The notes under the pieces: model-generated
Databases searched by the model: none
Seen by the model: the letters and a program-made list of their open reading frames with translations, nothing else
Told to the model about the DNA's origin: nothing
Shown here: positions 11,551-21,084 of the stretch, one piece after another
Position numbering within the stretch: position 1 is the stretch's first letter
Layout: each line of letters opens with the position of its first letter
Assembly (NCBI GenBank): GCA_965541615.1
Contig: CBEUCJ010000001.1
Coordinates: 3,754 to 67,753, forward strand
DNA length: 64,000 nucleotides
Direction: 5' to 3'
Source: an uncultured bacterium
GTDB lineage: Bacteria; Omnitrophota; Gorgyraeia; Duberdicusellales; CBEUCJ01
Position numbers and translations under genes: made by a program

Positions 11551-11567
11551 TTTTTTAAATTAAAGAA

Positions 11568-12131
11568 TTAATCTCTGTTCTTTAATAAAAATAATGTCTC
11601 CTGTCTTGTCTTTTGATTCTTCCTAAATATTCCTCTCACACAACTCGTAATTATCTTTGAATCTTGAGCCTTTACTCCTCTCATACTAATGCATAAATGT
11701 TCTGCTTCGATTACGACCATTACTCCTTTAGGTTTTAATTTTTTCATTAAAACATCTGCAATTTGAGTGGTGAGTCTTTCTTGGACCTGCAATCTTTTAG
11801 AAAGGATCTCTACTACTCTTATTATCTTGCTTAAACCTGTGATTTTATTTTGAGGGATGTAAGCTATATGGCATTTACCAAAAAATGGCAACAAATGATG
11901 TTCACAGATAGAAAAAAAAGAAATATCTTTTAAAAGAATTATCTCATCATGTTCTTGAGCTAAAAATACTTCTAATTCTTTCTCAGGTGAGTATCTGTAG
12001 CCTGATAATAACTCTTCTAAACTTTGAGCTGCTCTTTTAGGGGTATCTTTTAAATCTTTCTTTTTTTTAAAATCAGGGGTTATCTCTTTTAGAATTATCT
12101 CAAATGCTTTTTCTATCTTTTTCTTATCCAT
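11568..12131 (-). CDS. folE: GTP cyclohydrolase I
   Basis: TPKR, SICEHHLLPF, GLSK, RLQVQERLT, AEHLCISMRGV. Confidence 0.96.
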   Translation of the reverse strand: MDKKKIEKAFEIILKEITPDFKKKKDLKDTPKRAAQSLEELLSGYRYSPEKELEVFLAQEHDEIILLKDISFFSICEHHLLPFFGKCHIAYIPQNKITGLSKIIRVVEILSKRLQVQERLTTQIADVLMKKLKPKGVMVVIEAEHLCISMRGVKAQDSKIITSCVRGIFRKNQKTRQETLFLLKNRD

Positions 12132-12214
12132 ATTTAAATAAGTAGCATTTCATTCCTAAATTATACTACATCATTCAAAGGCTCACTACATTAAAATTTA
12201 AAGATGTTTTATTT

Positions 12215-13591
12215 TCACTTACCTATACAAAATCTTGAAAATATATTTTCTAAAAGCTCTTCTGAATAGATTTTACCAGTAATCTTATCTATTTGAGTGA
12301 CAGCTTCTTTTAAATGTAACATTAAAAAATCTATACTAAAACCTGATTGTAAATCTTTTAAGAAATTTTCTAAAGAGATCTTGGCTTTTTCTAACAACTC
12401 TGTGTGTCTTTTATTAGAGACTATAATTTTTTCAGGTTCAACAAAATTTCCTTTGAATAAAAAATCTATCATCTTTTCTTTTAATTCTTCGATCCCTTCT
12501 TTTTTTAAACAAGATACAAAAACATGTTCTTTAAATCTTTCTTTTAAAAATTTAAGATTTGCTTTTGGAGGTAAGTCTATTTTATTTATTACCAAAATCA
12601 CAGGTAAATCTTTTAACTTTTCTATTAAAAACAAATCTTTATCTGTCAATTCTTGAGAAATATCAACGACCAATAAGATTAAATTCGCTTTTTTTATAGC
12701 TTCTTGAGTCCTTTTTAAAGCTTCTTTTTCTACTAAATCTCTTGGTGTAATTATACCTGCTGTATCAAAAAGATTTAAAGGGACTCCTTTAATGTTGGCT
12801 TCTTCTTTTAAAATGTCTCTTGTGGTACCTTCTAAAGGTGAAACGATAGCTCTTTCTGAAGCTAACAAACAATTTAAAAGAGAAGATTTTCCTACATTAG
12901 TCCTACCTGCTATTACTACATTCAGACCTTCTTTAAAAATTAAACCTTCTTCAGAAGATTTTAACACTTGGGTTATCTCAGTTAAAATCTTGTGTACATC
13001 TTCTCTAAGTTTATTAAAATCTATGGTATCTATTTCATCTTCAGGAAACTCAACTACTGCTTCTAAATGAGTAAGTATATTTAATAATTTTTCTCTTAAT
13101 GACTCTAAAAATTTTCTCTCTTTTCCTTGCAATTGATTTATACTTATCTCCAAACTCTGAGGAGTCCTCGCATAGATAACATCTAAAACAGCTTCTGCTT
13201 GAGTTAAATCTATTCTTCCATTTAGAAAAGCTCTCATAGTAAACTCACCAGGTAAAGCTAATCTAGCTCCCTCTCTTATTAGCAGAGACAAAGTTTCTTT
13301 TAAAGGCACCAAACCTCCATGGCAGGAAATTTCTACTACATCTTCAGTAGTGTAAGTGTAAGGCGCCTTCATTAAAAATACCAAAACTTCATCTATTATT
13401 TTTAAGTTTTGGGGGTCTCTAATAAATCCATAGTGAATAGTATGAGATTTTGCTTTTTTTAAGTCTTTCTTTTTTTTAGGGACAAAGATTTTACTCAAAA
13501 TATCAAAGCTTTGAGGACCTGACATTCTAACTATACCTATTCCAGATTTTCCTAAAGGAGTAGATATTGCACAGATAGTATCTTTCAGCAT
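12215..13591 (-). CDS. mnmE: tRNA modification GTPase MnmE
   Basis: DTICAISTP, CHGG, PGEFTMRAFLNGRIDLTQAEAV, GRTNVGKSS, DTAG, C-terminal FCIGK. Confidence 0.97.
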   Translation of the reverse strand: MLKDTICAISTPLGKSGIGIVRMSGPQSFDILSKIFVPKKKKDLKKAKSHTIHYGFIRDPQNLKIIDEVLVFLMKAPYTYTTEDVVEISCHGGLVPLKETLSLLIREGARLALPGEFTMRAFLNGRIDLTQAEAVLDVIYARTPQSLEISINQLQGKERKFLESLREKLLNILTHLEAVVEFPEDEIDTIDFNKLREDVHKILTEITQVLKSSEEGLIFKEGLNVVIAGRTNVGKSSLLNCLLASERAIVSPLEGTTRDILKEEANIKGVPLNLFDTAGIITPRDLVEKEALKRTQEAIKKANLILLVVDISQELTDKDLFLIEKLKDLPVILVINKIDLPPKANLKFLKERFKEHVFVSCLKKEGIEELKEKMIDFLFKGNFVEPEKIIVSNKRHTELLEKAKISLENFLKDLQSGFSIDFLMLHLKEAVTQIDKITGKIYSEELLENIFSRFCIGK

Positions 13592-14889
13592 AAATTTTCT
13601 CTTATTTTTCCTACCAAATATACTGAACCTGTAACTAATATTAAATCTTTTTTATCACATAAATCTATTGCTTTCAAAATAGCTTTACAAGGATCTGGTA
13701 TTACTTGGGCTTTTTTAAAACTTTTCTTGATAAGATAAGGGTTTTGTGCTTTTTGGACTTCAGCTTTTGTCAAAATTATTTTTTTACACATATTGAATAA
13801 GATTTTTCCCATTTTTTTAAAATCTTTGTCTTTTGAGGTGCCAAATACCAAAATCACTCTTCTATCAGGAAAATGTCTTAATAAAGTATTTTTTAAAACC
13901 AAAATTGAAGCTGGATTATGAGCACAATCTAAAATAATTAAAGGTTCATTTTTTATTATCTCAAATCTTCCAGCTATTTTAACATTCTCTAAACCTTTTT
14001 TTATATCTTCTTCTTTAATCTTTAAACCTTCTTTTATTAGAATCTCTGTAATGCCTACTGCTACTCCTGAATTTAAAATTTGATGAAATCCTAAAAGAGG
14101 GATCTTTAAATTTTCTAATTTAAGGGCTTTACCTAAGTAAGAAAATTCTTGAAAATCTTTGTTGTAAGAAAGTTCTCTTACTTTTATCTCTTTGTTTACC
14201 TCTAAAAATTCACATTTTCTTTCTTTGCATATTTTTCTCAAAAAACTACTCACAGACTTCCTTTGAGGAAAAGAGACTACAGATTGAGCTTTTTTTATAA
14301 AACCTGCTTTTTCATAAGTTATCTCTTTTAAAGTCCTGCCCAATTTATCTTGATGGTCATAGTCTATTAAACCATAGCCTATATATTTCCCATAGCAACA
14401 ATTAGTAGCATCTAATCTGCCTCCTAAACCTGCTTCTAAAATTACAAAATCTGTTTTTTTCTTAAAAAAATAAAACAAAGCTAAAGCAGTATACACTTCA
14501 AAAAAAGAAAGATAACCTAATTTTTTAGAAAACCTATTTTTCTCCAAAACAGGTTTTAAGTGTCTGGTTAATTCTTCTAATTCAGATTCTTTTATAAAAC
14601 CTTCTTTATCTTTATTTGTCAAAACTCTTATCCTCTCTTTTAAATCAACCAAATGTGGTGAAGTAAAAAGACCTACTTTGTATTTTGTGCTCAATATAGA
14701 ACTTAAAAGATTTGAAATAGAACCTTTCCCTTTTGTACCTGCAATATGAATCACATTTAATTCTTGGTAAGGAAATCCTAAATCTTTTAATAGCTTTTTC
14801 ATCCTCTCTAACTTTAAACTTTTTTTGTAATCAAACTTTATCTTTTTCTCATAATTTATGAAAGAATCTAAATACTCTCTTACTCCCAT
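13585..14889 (-). CDS. folC: Folylpolyglutamate synthase / dihydrofolate synthase
   Basis: IHIAGTKGKGS, FTSPHL, LEAGLGGRLDATN, DCAHNP, VTGSVYLVG. Confidence 0.95.
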   Translation of the reverse strand: MGVREYLDSFINYEKKIKFDYKKSLKLERMKKLLKDLGFPYQELNVIHIAGTKGKGSISNLLSSILSTKYKVGLFTSPHLVDLKERIRVLTNKDKEGFIKESELEELTRHLKPVLEKNRFSKKLGYLSFFEVYTALALFYFFKKKTDFVILEAGLGGRLDATNCCYGKYIGYGLIDYDHQDKLGRTLKEITYEKAGFIKKAQSVVSFPQRKSVSSFLRKICKERKCEFLEVNKEIKVRELSYNKDFQEFSYLGKALKLENLKIPLLGFHQILNSGVAVGITEILIKEGLKIKEEDIKKGLENVKIAGRFEIIKNEPLIILDCAHNPASILVLKNTLLRHFPDRRVILVFGTSKDKDFKKMGKILFNMCKKIILTKAEVQKAQNPYLIKKSFKKAQVIPDPCKAILKAIDLCDKKDLILVTGSVYLVGKIRENLC

Positions 14890-14922
14890 ATTTTTTCCGA
14901 AAGACTTAAAGTATTCAAAAGT

Positions 14923-16455
14923 TTAATGAAGGAAGTGTCTTATTTGAGTAAATACCATTGGAATTTTGTATTTATTGCAGGCTTTGATTACTTCTTCATC
15001 TTTAATTGAACCTCCAGGCTGAATAATAGCTTTGATTTTAGCTTTAAAGGCTTCCTCAATAGAATCAGGTTTTGGAAAAAAACCATCTGAAGCTAAAACT
15101 GCTCCTTTACAGTCACCAGCTTTTTGAATAGCTATCTTTACTGCATCTATTCTTGAAGGTTGACCTCCACATACTCCCAGAGTCCTTTTATCTTTTGCTA
15201 TACAAATTGCATTTGATTTTAAGTGTTTTACTACTTTAAAAGCAAAAATCAAATCTTCTAAAGTTTTTTTTGAAGGTTTTAAAATTGTGGGCATTTTTAA
15301 ATTTTTTTTATCTATAACTTTAGAATCTCTTTCTTGGACTAAAAAACCTAAATCTGTTCTTCTGAAATCTAAATTATCAGATTTAAATTTTAGATTTATC
15401 TTACAGACTATTAATCTTTTTCTTTGTGAAAAGATTTCTAAAGCTTTCCTTGTAAAAGAAGGAGCTAAAATTATCTCTTTAAAACCTGTTTTTAATATTT
15501 CTTTTGCTACTCTTTCTGTTACTCTTCTATTAAAACCTATAATCCCTCCAAAAGCTGATATAGGATCACCAGAATATGCTTTTAAGAATGCTTTCTTTAA
15601 ATCTTTATCACAAGCTAAACCACAAGGAGAATTATGTTTTACTATTACACAGCAACTTTCTTTAAAGTCTTTGAAGATGTTTAAAACTGCTTGGATATCT
15701 AAAAAGTTATTAAAAGACAAATCTTTGCCTTGCAGTTTTTCTATTAATTCTCTTTCTGAATCTAAAAATTTATAAAGATAGGCTTTCTGATGAGGGTTTT
15801 CTCCATACCTTAGTTTCAAATCTCTTTTTAAATGCAAAAGTAAATCTTGTGTAAATTTTTTTTCTTCTGAAAAGAATTTAAAAATTTCATAATCATATAG
15901 ACTGGTTATCTTAAATACTTCTTTAGCTAATCTCTTTCTCAAAAGTAAAGATACTTTTCCTTTATTTTCTTTTAATTCTCTTATTACTTCTTTATAAAAT
16001 TCTTTAGAAGGGACTACACATACATTTAAAAAATTCTTTGCTCCTGCTCTTAAAAGAGAGACGCCTCCAATATCTATAAATTCTAAAATTTCCTTAAAAT
16101 CTTTTAATTCTTTTAATTTCTCCTTAAATGGATAAAGATTTGTAACTACCATATCTATTGTTTCTATCCCCAAAGATTTTAAACTCTTTAAATCTTCTTT
16201 TTTTTCTTTTCTAGCTAAAATCCCTCCAAATATTTTTGGATGAAGGGTTTTTAGTCTGCCTCCCAAAATCTCAGGGAATCCTGTATAATCTTTAACTTCT
16301 ATGGTTTTAATTTGAGAATTTTTTAAAACTTGGGCAGTCTTTCCAGTAGAGATTATTTTTATCTTCAACTTTTCTAATTCTTTGCAAAACCAAACTATCT
16401 CTTCTTTATCATAAACACTAACCAAAGCTGTCTTTATCTTCAAAAATTCTCTCAT
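14923..16455 (-). CDS. purH: Bifunctional AICAR transformylase / IMP cyclohydrolase
   Basis: ALVSVYDK, GGRLKTLHP, IDIGG, LRYGENPHQ, VKHNSPCG, IIQPGGS, RHFLH. Confidence 0.97.
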   Translation of the reverse strand: MREFLKIKTALVSVYDKEEIVWFCKELEKLKIKIISTGKTAQVLKNSQIKTIEVKDYTGFPEILGGRLKTLHPKIFGGILARKEKKEDLKSLKSLGIETIDMVVTNLYPFKEKLKELKDFKEILEFIDIGGVSLLRAGAKNFLNVCVVPSKEFYKEVIRELKENKGKVSLLLRKRLAKEVFKITSLYDYEIFKFFSEEKKFTQDLLLHLKRDLKLRYGENPHQKAYLYKFLDSERELIEKLQGKDLSFNNFLDIQAVLNIFKDFKESCCVIVKHNSPCGLACDKDLKKAFLKAYSGDPISAFGGIIGFNRRVTERVAKEILKTGFKEIILAPSFTRKALEIFSQRKRLIVCKINLKFKSDNLDFRRTDLGFLVQERDSKVIDKKNLKMPTILKPSKKTLEDLIFAFKVVKHLKSNAICIAKDKRTLGVCGGQPSRIDAVKIAIQKAGDCKGAVLASDGFFPKPDSIEEAFKAKIKAIIQPGGSIKDEEVIKACNKYKIPMVFTQIRHFLH

Positions 16456-17147
16456 TTACTTACACTGAATTTAAAGGTAATAAAATCTGCATCTTGAACT
16501 ACATAATCTTTTGATTCTAATCTCACCAATCCTCTGTTTTTGGCTTCGCCTATTTTTTTACAACTTATCAAATCTTGGAAACTGATAACCTCTGCTTTTA
16601 TAAAACCTTTAGCTATATCTGAATGAATCTTACCAGCTGCTTCTATAGCTTTAGTTCCTTTCTTTATAGGCCAAGCTTTTAATTCTTTCTGATTACAGGT
16701 GAAAAAGAAAATATACCCAAAAAAATCAAAAACTTTTTTGAGTAACGAATTTAAATCTTTTAGTTCTCTGCTATCTATTTTCAAAACAGGTCTTATGCTT
16801 ATAAGAAAATTTAACTCTCCTTCTTGTTTAGAAATATCTATCTCTGAGATAAATCTTTCTTTTTCTAATTCTTCTTTAAGTCTTTCAAAAAACTTTCTTT
16901 TATTTTCAGAAGTCTCTTTCAAAATCTTTTTTTCTAAAGCATCTATATCTTCAATTATTAAATCTAAAACTTTTTCTTTAGTTACCAATACTCCTTCACA
17001 TCTTTGATAAAGAGAGCTCTCACAGAATTCAACTTGAGCATAAGTAACTTTGGGAGGATTAAAGATTTCTTTTAATCTTTCTAACCTTTGATCTAAAAAT
17101 TTATGTGTGCCTATATATTCTGTGGGTCCAAAGAAAGCTATCTTCAC
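16452..17147 (-). CDS. YchF-like protein lacking the P-loop (DUF933/TGS C-terminal domain retained)
   Basis: DQRLERL...PPKVTYAQVEF and WPIKKGTKAIEAAGKIHSDIAKGFIKAEV...KDYVVQDAD match YchF. No Walker A motif; only 231 aa. Confidence 0.8.
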   Translation of the reverse strand: MKIAFFGPTEYIGTHKFLDQRLERLKEIFNPPKVTYAQVEFCESSLYQRCEGVLVTKEKVLDLIIEDIDALEKKILKETSENKRKFFERLKEELEKERFISEIDISKQEGELNFLISIRPVLKIDSRELKDLNSLLKKVFDFFGYIFFFTCNQKELKAWPIKKGTKAIEAAGKIHSDIAKGFIKAEVISFQDLISCKKIGEAKNRGLVRLESKDYVVQDADFITFKFSVSK

Positions 17148-17154
17148 TTAAAAA

Positions 17155-19182
17155 TTATTTCTTTGCTTCTGCTTCTTTTCTTCTTTTATATTCTTCTATT
17201 ATTTGCTGAGCTATCTGAGGAGGCACAGGTTCATAATGAGAAAATTTCATCGAATAAGAACCTCTTCCTCCTGTAATAGACCTTAAATCTGTTGCATATC
17301 TGTACATTTCTGCTAAAGGGACTTGGGCTTTTATGAGTTGATTTTTTCCTCTTGCTTCCATACCTAAGACTCTTCCTCTTCTTGAATTTATATCTCCTGT
17401 AACTTGCCCCATGAATTCTTCAGGGATTATTACCTCTACATCCATTATAGGTTCTAAAAGAATAGGACCTGCCTGTTCGACTGCCTTTTTTAAAGCCATG
17501 GAACCTGCTATCTGAAAAGCTATATCTGAAGAATCTACTGGATGATAAGAACCATCATAAAGAGTAACTCTTATATCCACTATAGGATAACCTGCCAAGA
17601 ATCCTTCTTCCATAGCTTTCCTTATACCTTTTTCTACTGAAGGAATAAAATTCCTAGGGATCTTTCCGCCTACAATTTTATCTACAAATTCAAAGAATTT
17701 TCCTCTTTCTAAAGGTTCTACTTCTATCCATACATCTCCATACTGACCACGACCTCCTGTCTGTCTTTTATATTTTCCTTGCACTTTAACTGATTTTGTT
17801 ATTGTTTCTTTGTAAGGAATTTTGGGTCTTCCTAATTCTACTTCTGCTCCAAATCTTCTCTTCATTCTTTGACAGATTACATTCAAATGGAGCTCACCTA
17901 CTCCTGAGATTATCAACTCTTTTGTTTGAGGGTCTCTTTCTACTTTAAAAGTAGGATCTTCTGTACTCAATTTTTGTAAAGCTCCTGATATTCTCTCTTC
18001 ATCCTGCTTTGTTTTAGGTTTTACAGATTGAGATATGCTAGGCGTAGGAAACTCAATTTTAGGGAATTCTACTAAAAAATTCTCTTCACCTAAGCTATCA
18101 TTAGTATGAGTATCTTTTAATTTAGCTACAGCTCCTATTTGACCTGCAAATAAACTATCTACAGTTCTCTGTTCTTTTCCAAAAAGTAAATACAACTGAC
18201 CAAATCTCTCTTTTGTCTTTGTAGTCACATTATAAAAACCTGTATTTGATTTTAAAAGGCCTGTCCAAATCCTAAAAATAGTTAGTTGACCTACATAAGG
18301 ATCGAATATAGATTTAAAGACCTGAGCTGAAAATTTAGAATCAGGTTGGGGTGTTAGTTCTTTTTCTTCTCCGTTTATTTTTACTTTTAAAGGAGGTCTT
18401 TCTTTGGGTGAAGGAAAGAATTCCAAAATTACATTTATTAATTCCTCTAATCCAATCTCATTCAAAACTGCTCCACACAATACCGGAAATATTTTTCTTT
18501 CAAGGATTCCTTTCTTTAAACCTTTCTTAATCTCTTCAGAAGATAATTCTCCTGTCTCTAAATATTTTTCTAATAAAGTGTCATCAGATTCAGCTACTAA
18601 ATCTAAAAGTTTTGAATAAAATTCTGAAACTTCTTTTACTTGTGAAGAATCTTTTTCTAAAACTGGAACTACTCCTTTGAAATTCTGTTCTTTGCCTATA
18701 GGTAAATATAAAGGGATTGCGTTCTTTGTAAGATTTTCTTTGATATCATTTAAAACTTTATAGAAATCTGCATTTTCTTTATCTAATTTATTTACAAAAA
18801 ATATACAAGGCAAGTTTCTTTTTTTAGCTTCTTCAAATGCAAATTCTGTTCCCAATTCTACCCCTGAAACTGCATCTATTACGATTAGAACACAATCAGA
18901 TACACTAAGAGGAGCTATAACTTCAGCTATAAAATCTTGGTAACCTGGAGTATCTATAAACTGAATGAAATGATCTTTGTAATTTGTGTATAAATAACTT
19001 GCATTTATAGAAGATTTTCTCTCTATTTCATCTGGTTCAAAATCAGAAACTGTCGTTCCTTGGTCTACTTTACCAAATCTATTAATCGCCTGTGTTTTAT
19101 AAAGAATTCCTTCTGCTAAAGTAGTCTTACCACTTTGAGCATGACCTGTAATACTAAAAACTCTTATCTTAGAGATATCCAT
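17155..19182 (-). CDS. fusA: Elongation factor G, EF-G2-type paralog
   Basis: GHAQSGKTT, ERKSSI, DTPGYQDF, NKLD, GVGELHL, QTGGRGQYG, DGSYHPVDSS, PILLEP; SD GGAGGTGG upstream. Confidence 0.92.
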   Translation of the reverse strand: MDISKIRVFSITGHAQSGKTTLAEGILYKTQAINRFGKVDQGTTVSDFEPDEIERKSSINASYLYTNYKDHFIQFIDTPGYQDFIAEVIAPLSVSDCVLIVIDAVSGVELGTEFAFEEAKKRNLPCIFFVNKLDKENADFYKVLNDIKENLTKNAIPLYLPIGKEQNFKGVVPVLEKDSSQVKEVSEFYSKLLDLVAESDDTLLEKYLETGELSSEEIKKGLKKGILERKIFPVLCGAVLNEIGLEELINVILEFFPSPKERPPLKVKINGEEKELTPQPDSKFSAQVFKSIFDPYVGQLTIFRIWTGLLKSNTGFYNVTTKTKERFGQLYLLFGKEQRTVDSLFAGQIGAVAKLKDTHTNDSLGEENFLVEFPKIEFPTPSISQSVKPKTKQDEERISGALQKLSTEDPTFKVERDPQTKELIISGVGELHLNVICQRMKRRFGAEVELGRPKIPYKETITKSVKVQGKYKRQTGGRGQYGDVWIEVEPLERGKFFEFVDKIVGGKIPRNFIPSVEKGIRKAMEEGFLAGYPIVDIRVTLYDGSYHPVDSSDIAFQIAGSMALKKAVEQAGPILLEPIMDVEVIIPEEFMGQVTGDINSRRGRVLGMEARGKNQLIKAQVPLAEMYRYATDLRSITGGRGSYSMKFSHYEPVPPQIAQQIIEEYKRRKEAEAKK

Positions 19183-19267
19183 TCAACCACCTCCTTTATC
19201 TACAGAAAGTATTATCTAACTTTTCAATTCTATCAGAAAAAAGATTTTTTTCAAATTTGAATGATGA

Positions 19268-19987
19268 TTATTCTCTTAACTTGTGAGTGACAGGTACAAA
19301 TCTACACGGAATTATTTTTTTCTTAATCAACTTTCCTTCTCTTTTTATTCCCAAAACTAAATCTTGATAACCTTTCTTATTGTTTATGGGCGCTAAGATC
19401 CTGCCTCCTTCTTTTAGTTGCTCAATTAATTGAGGTGGAAAATCTTCTACTGCACATGTAATTATTATGGCATCAAAAGGTGAAAACTCTCTCCAGCCTA
19501 AAAGACCATTGCCCCATTTTACTTTTATATTTTTATAACCTAATCTTTTTAATCTTTCTTGAGCAGATTCAGCTAAAGATTTTATTATCTCTATAGTGTA
19601 GACTTCTTTTACAATCTCAGCTAAGACTGCAGCTTGGTATCCTGAACCTGTACCGATCTCTAAAACTTTATCGTCGGGTTCTAATTCCAATAATGAGGTC
19701 ATTAAAGCTACCATAAAAGGTTGAGATATAGTCTGACCTTTACCGATCGGTAAAGGTGTATCAGAATAAGCAAATTTTTGCCAAATCTTAGGAACAAACT
19801 CTTCTCTTTTAACTTTTAGCATAGCTCTTATTACCTTAGGATCAGTAATACCTCTATTTATAATTTGCTCTTTTACCATTTTCTCTCTTTCTTTTAAAAA
19901 AGGATCTTGTTGAGAATAAAGATTAAGAAAAAAGATTATACTGATTATAAAACTAAATACTCTTATCCAATTCTTTAAAATACTCAT
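19268..19987 (-). CDS. pcm: Protein-L-isoaspartate O-methyltransferase with N-terminal hydrophobic segment
   Basis: AYSDTPLPIGKGQTISQP, VLEIGTGSGYQAAVLA, PFDAII, CRFVP. Confidence 0.93.
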   Translation of the reverse strand: MSILKNWIRVFSFIISIIFFLNLYSQQDPFLKEREKMVKEQIINRGITDPKVIRAMLKVKREEFVPKIWQKFAYSDTPLPIGKGQTISQPFMVALMTSLLELEPDDKVLEIGTGSGYQAAVLAEIVKEVYTIEIIKSLAESAQERLKRLGYKNIKVKWGNGLLGWREFSPFDAIIITCAVEDFPPQLIEQLKEGGRILAPINNKKGYQDLVLGIKREGKLIKKKIIPCRFVPVTHKLRE

Positions 19988-21083
19988 ATAAAAGCTTTGC
20001 TCCTTTTATTAAAGAATCTTTAAAAACAAATTCATTTGCAGAATGTGCTTTAGATTTTACCCCTACCCCAAAACTAAAAGATTTTATCTTAAAATCATTT
20101 AAAATACTCATAACTGTAGCTCCTAAACTTCCTTTAAATTTGGGTTTTAAATTGCTGTCTTTTAAAACTTTAGCAAATCTTTCTATCCAGAAATTATTTT
20201 TATCTATCTCTATTGGCTTTTGAATATCTAAAATTTTGATCTTAAAGTTTTTTGTTATGCTACTCAGTATTTTTTTAATATCTTCCAAAATCTTTTTAGA
20301 ATCTAAAGAAGGTAAATACCTTATATCTAAACTGAATTTACAGTTAGGAGCTACAACATTTGGTTTTATACCACCTGAAATTGTACCTACATTCACAGTA
20401 GGAGCTCCTAAAAGAGGATGTTTTTTATGAGTAAATTTATGTTTATAAATCTTTTCTATAAATTCTGAAGCTTTTTTTATAGCATTTATTCCTTTTTCAG
20501 CAAAAGCTGCATGAATAGGTTTTCCTTTAATCTCTACTTCTATTTGCAATAAACCTTTTTGAGCAATTATTATTTCAAAATTATCTGAATCTAAAACTAA
20601 ACAAAAATCTCCTTTTAAAACTTTATTTTCTAATAAAGGAATTAAACCTTTGTGAGAACCTGCTTCTTCATCAGCAGTAGCACAAAATAAAATATCTAAG
20701 TTTTTTAATTTGTAGTTTTCTTTTAAACTGATGAGTGCTTCAAGACCTGTTGCTAAATTTCCTTTGCAGTCTGTGGTTCCCAATCCATAAATCTTGTTAT
20801 TTTTTTCTACTGCTTTCAAAGGGTCGGTATGCCAGTTGCCTGTTGCAGGGACTGTATCTAAATGAGGCATAACTATTAAGACTTTTTTTGAATTTTCAGA
20901 AGAGAGTTTAAATATCAGATTACTTCTTTTTCTAAAAAACTCTATTAATTCAGCTTTTATTTTATAGTTTTTTAAAAAATCTTTTAAGAATTTAGCTAAA
21001 GCCCTTTCATTTCCTGGAGGATTTTGGGTATCAATTTGGATACTCTTTTTTAATAAATACAAAAGCCTTTTTTGATTGATCAT
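19953..21083 (-). CDS. M20 family metallo-hydrolase (ArgE/DapE-like)
   Basis: HLDTVP, GLGTTDCKG, ADEEAGS, GGIKPNVV, AHSANE. Confidence 0.88.
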   Translation of the reverse strand: MINQKRLLYLLKKSIQIDTQNPPGNERALAKFLKDFLKNYKIKAELIEFFRKRSNLIFKLSSENSKKVLIVMPHLDTVPATGNWHTDPLKAVEKNNKIYGLGTTDCKGNLATGLEALISLKENYKLKNLDILFCATADEEAGSHKGLIPLLENKVLKGDFCLVLDSDNFEIIIAQKGLLQIEVEIKGKPIHAAFAEKGINAIKKASEFIEKIYKHKFTHKKHPLLGAPTVNVGTISGGIKPNVVAPNCKFSLDIRYLPSLDSKKILEDIKKILSSITKNFKIKILDIQKPIEIDKNNFWIERFAKVLKDSNLKPKFKGSLGATVMSILNDFKIKSFSFGVGVKSKAHSANEFVFKDSLIKGAKLLYEYFKELDKSI

Positions 21084-21084
21084 T

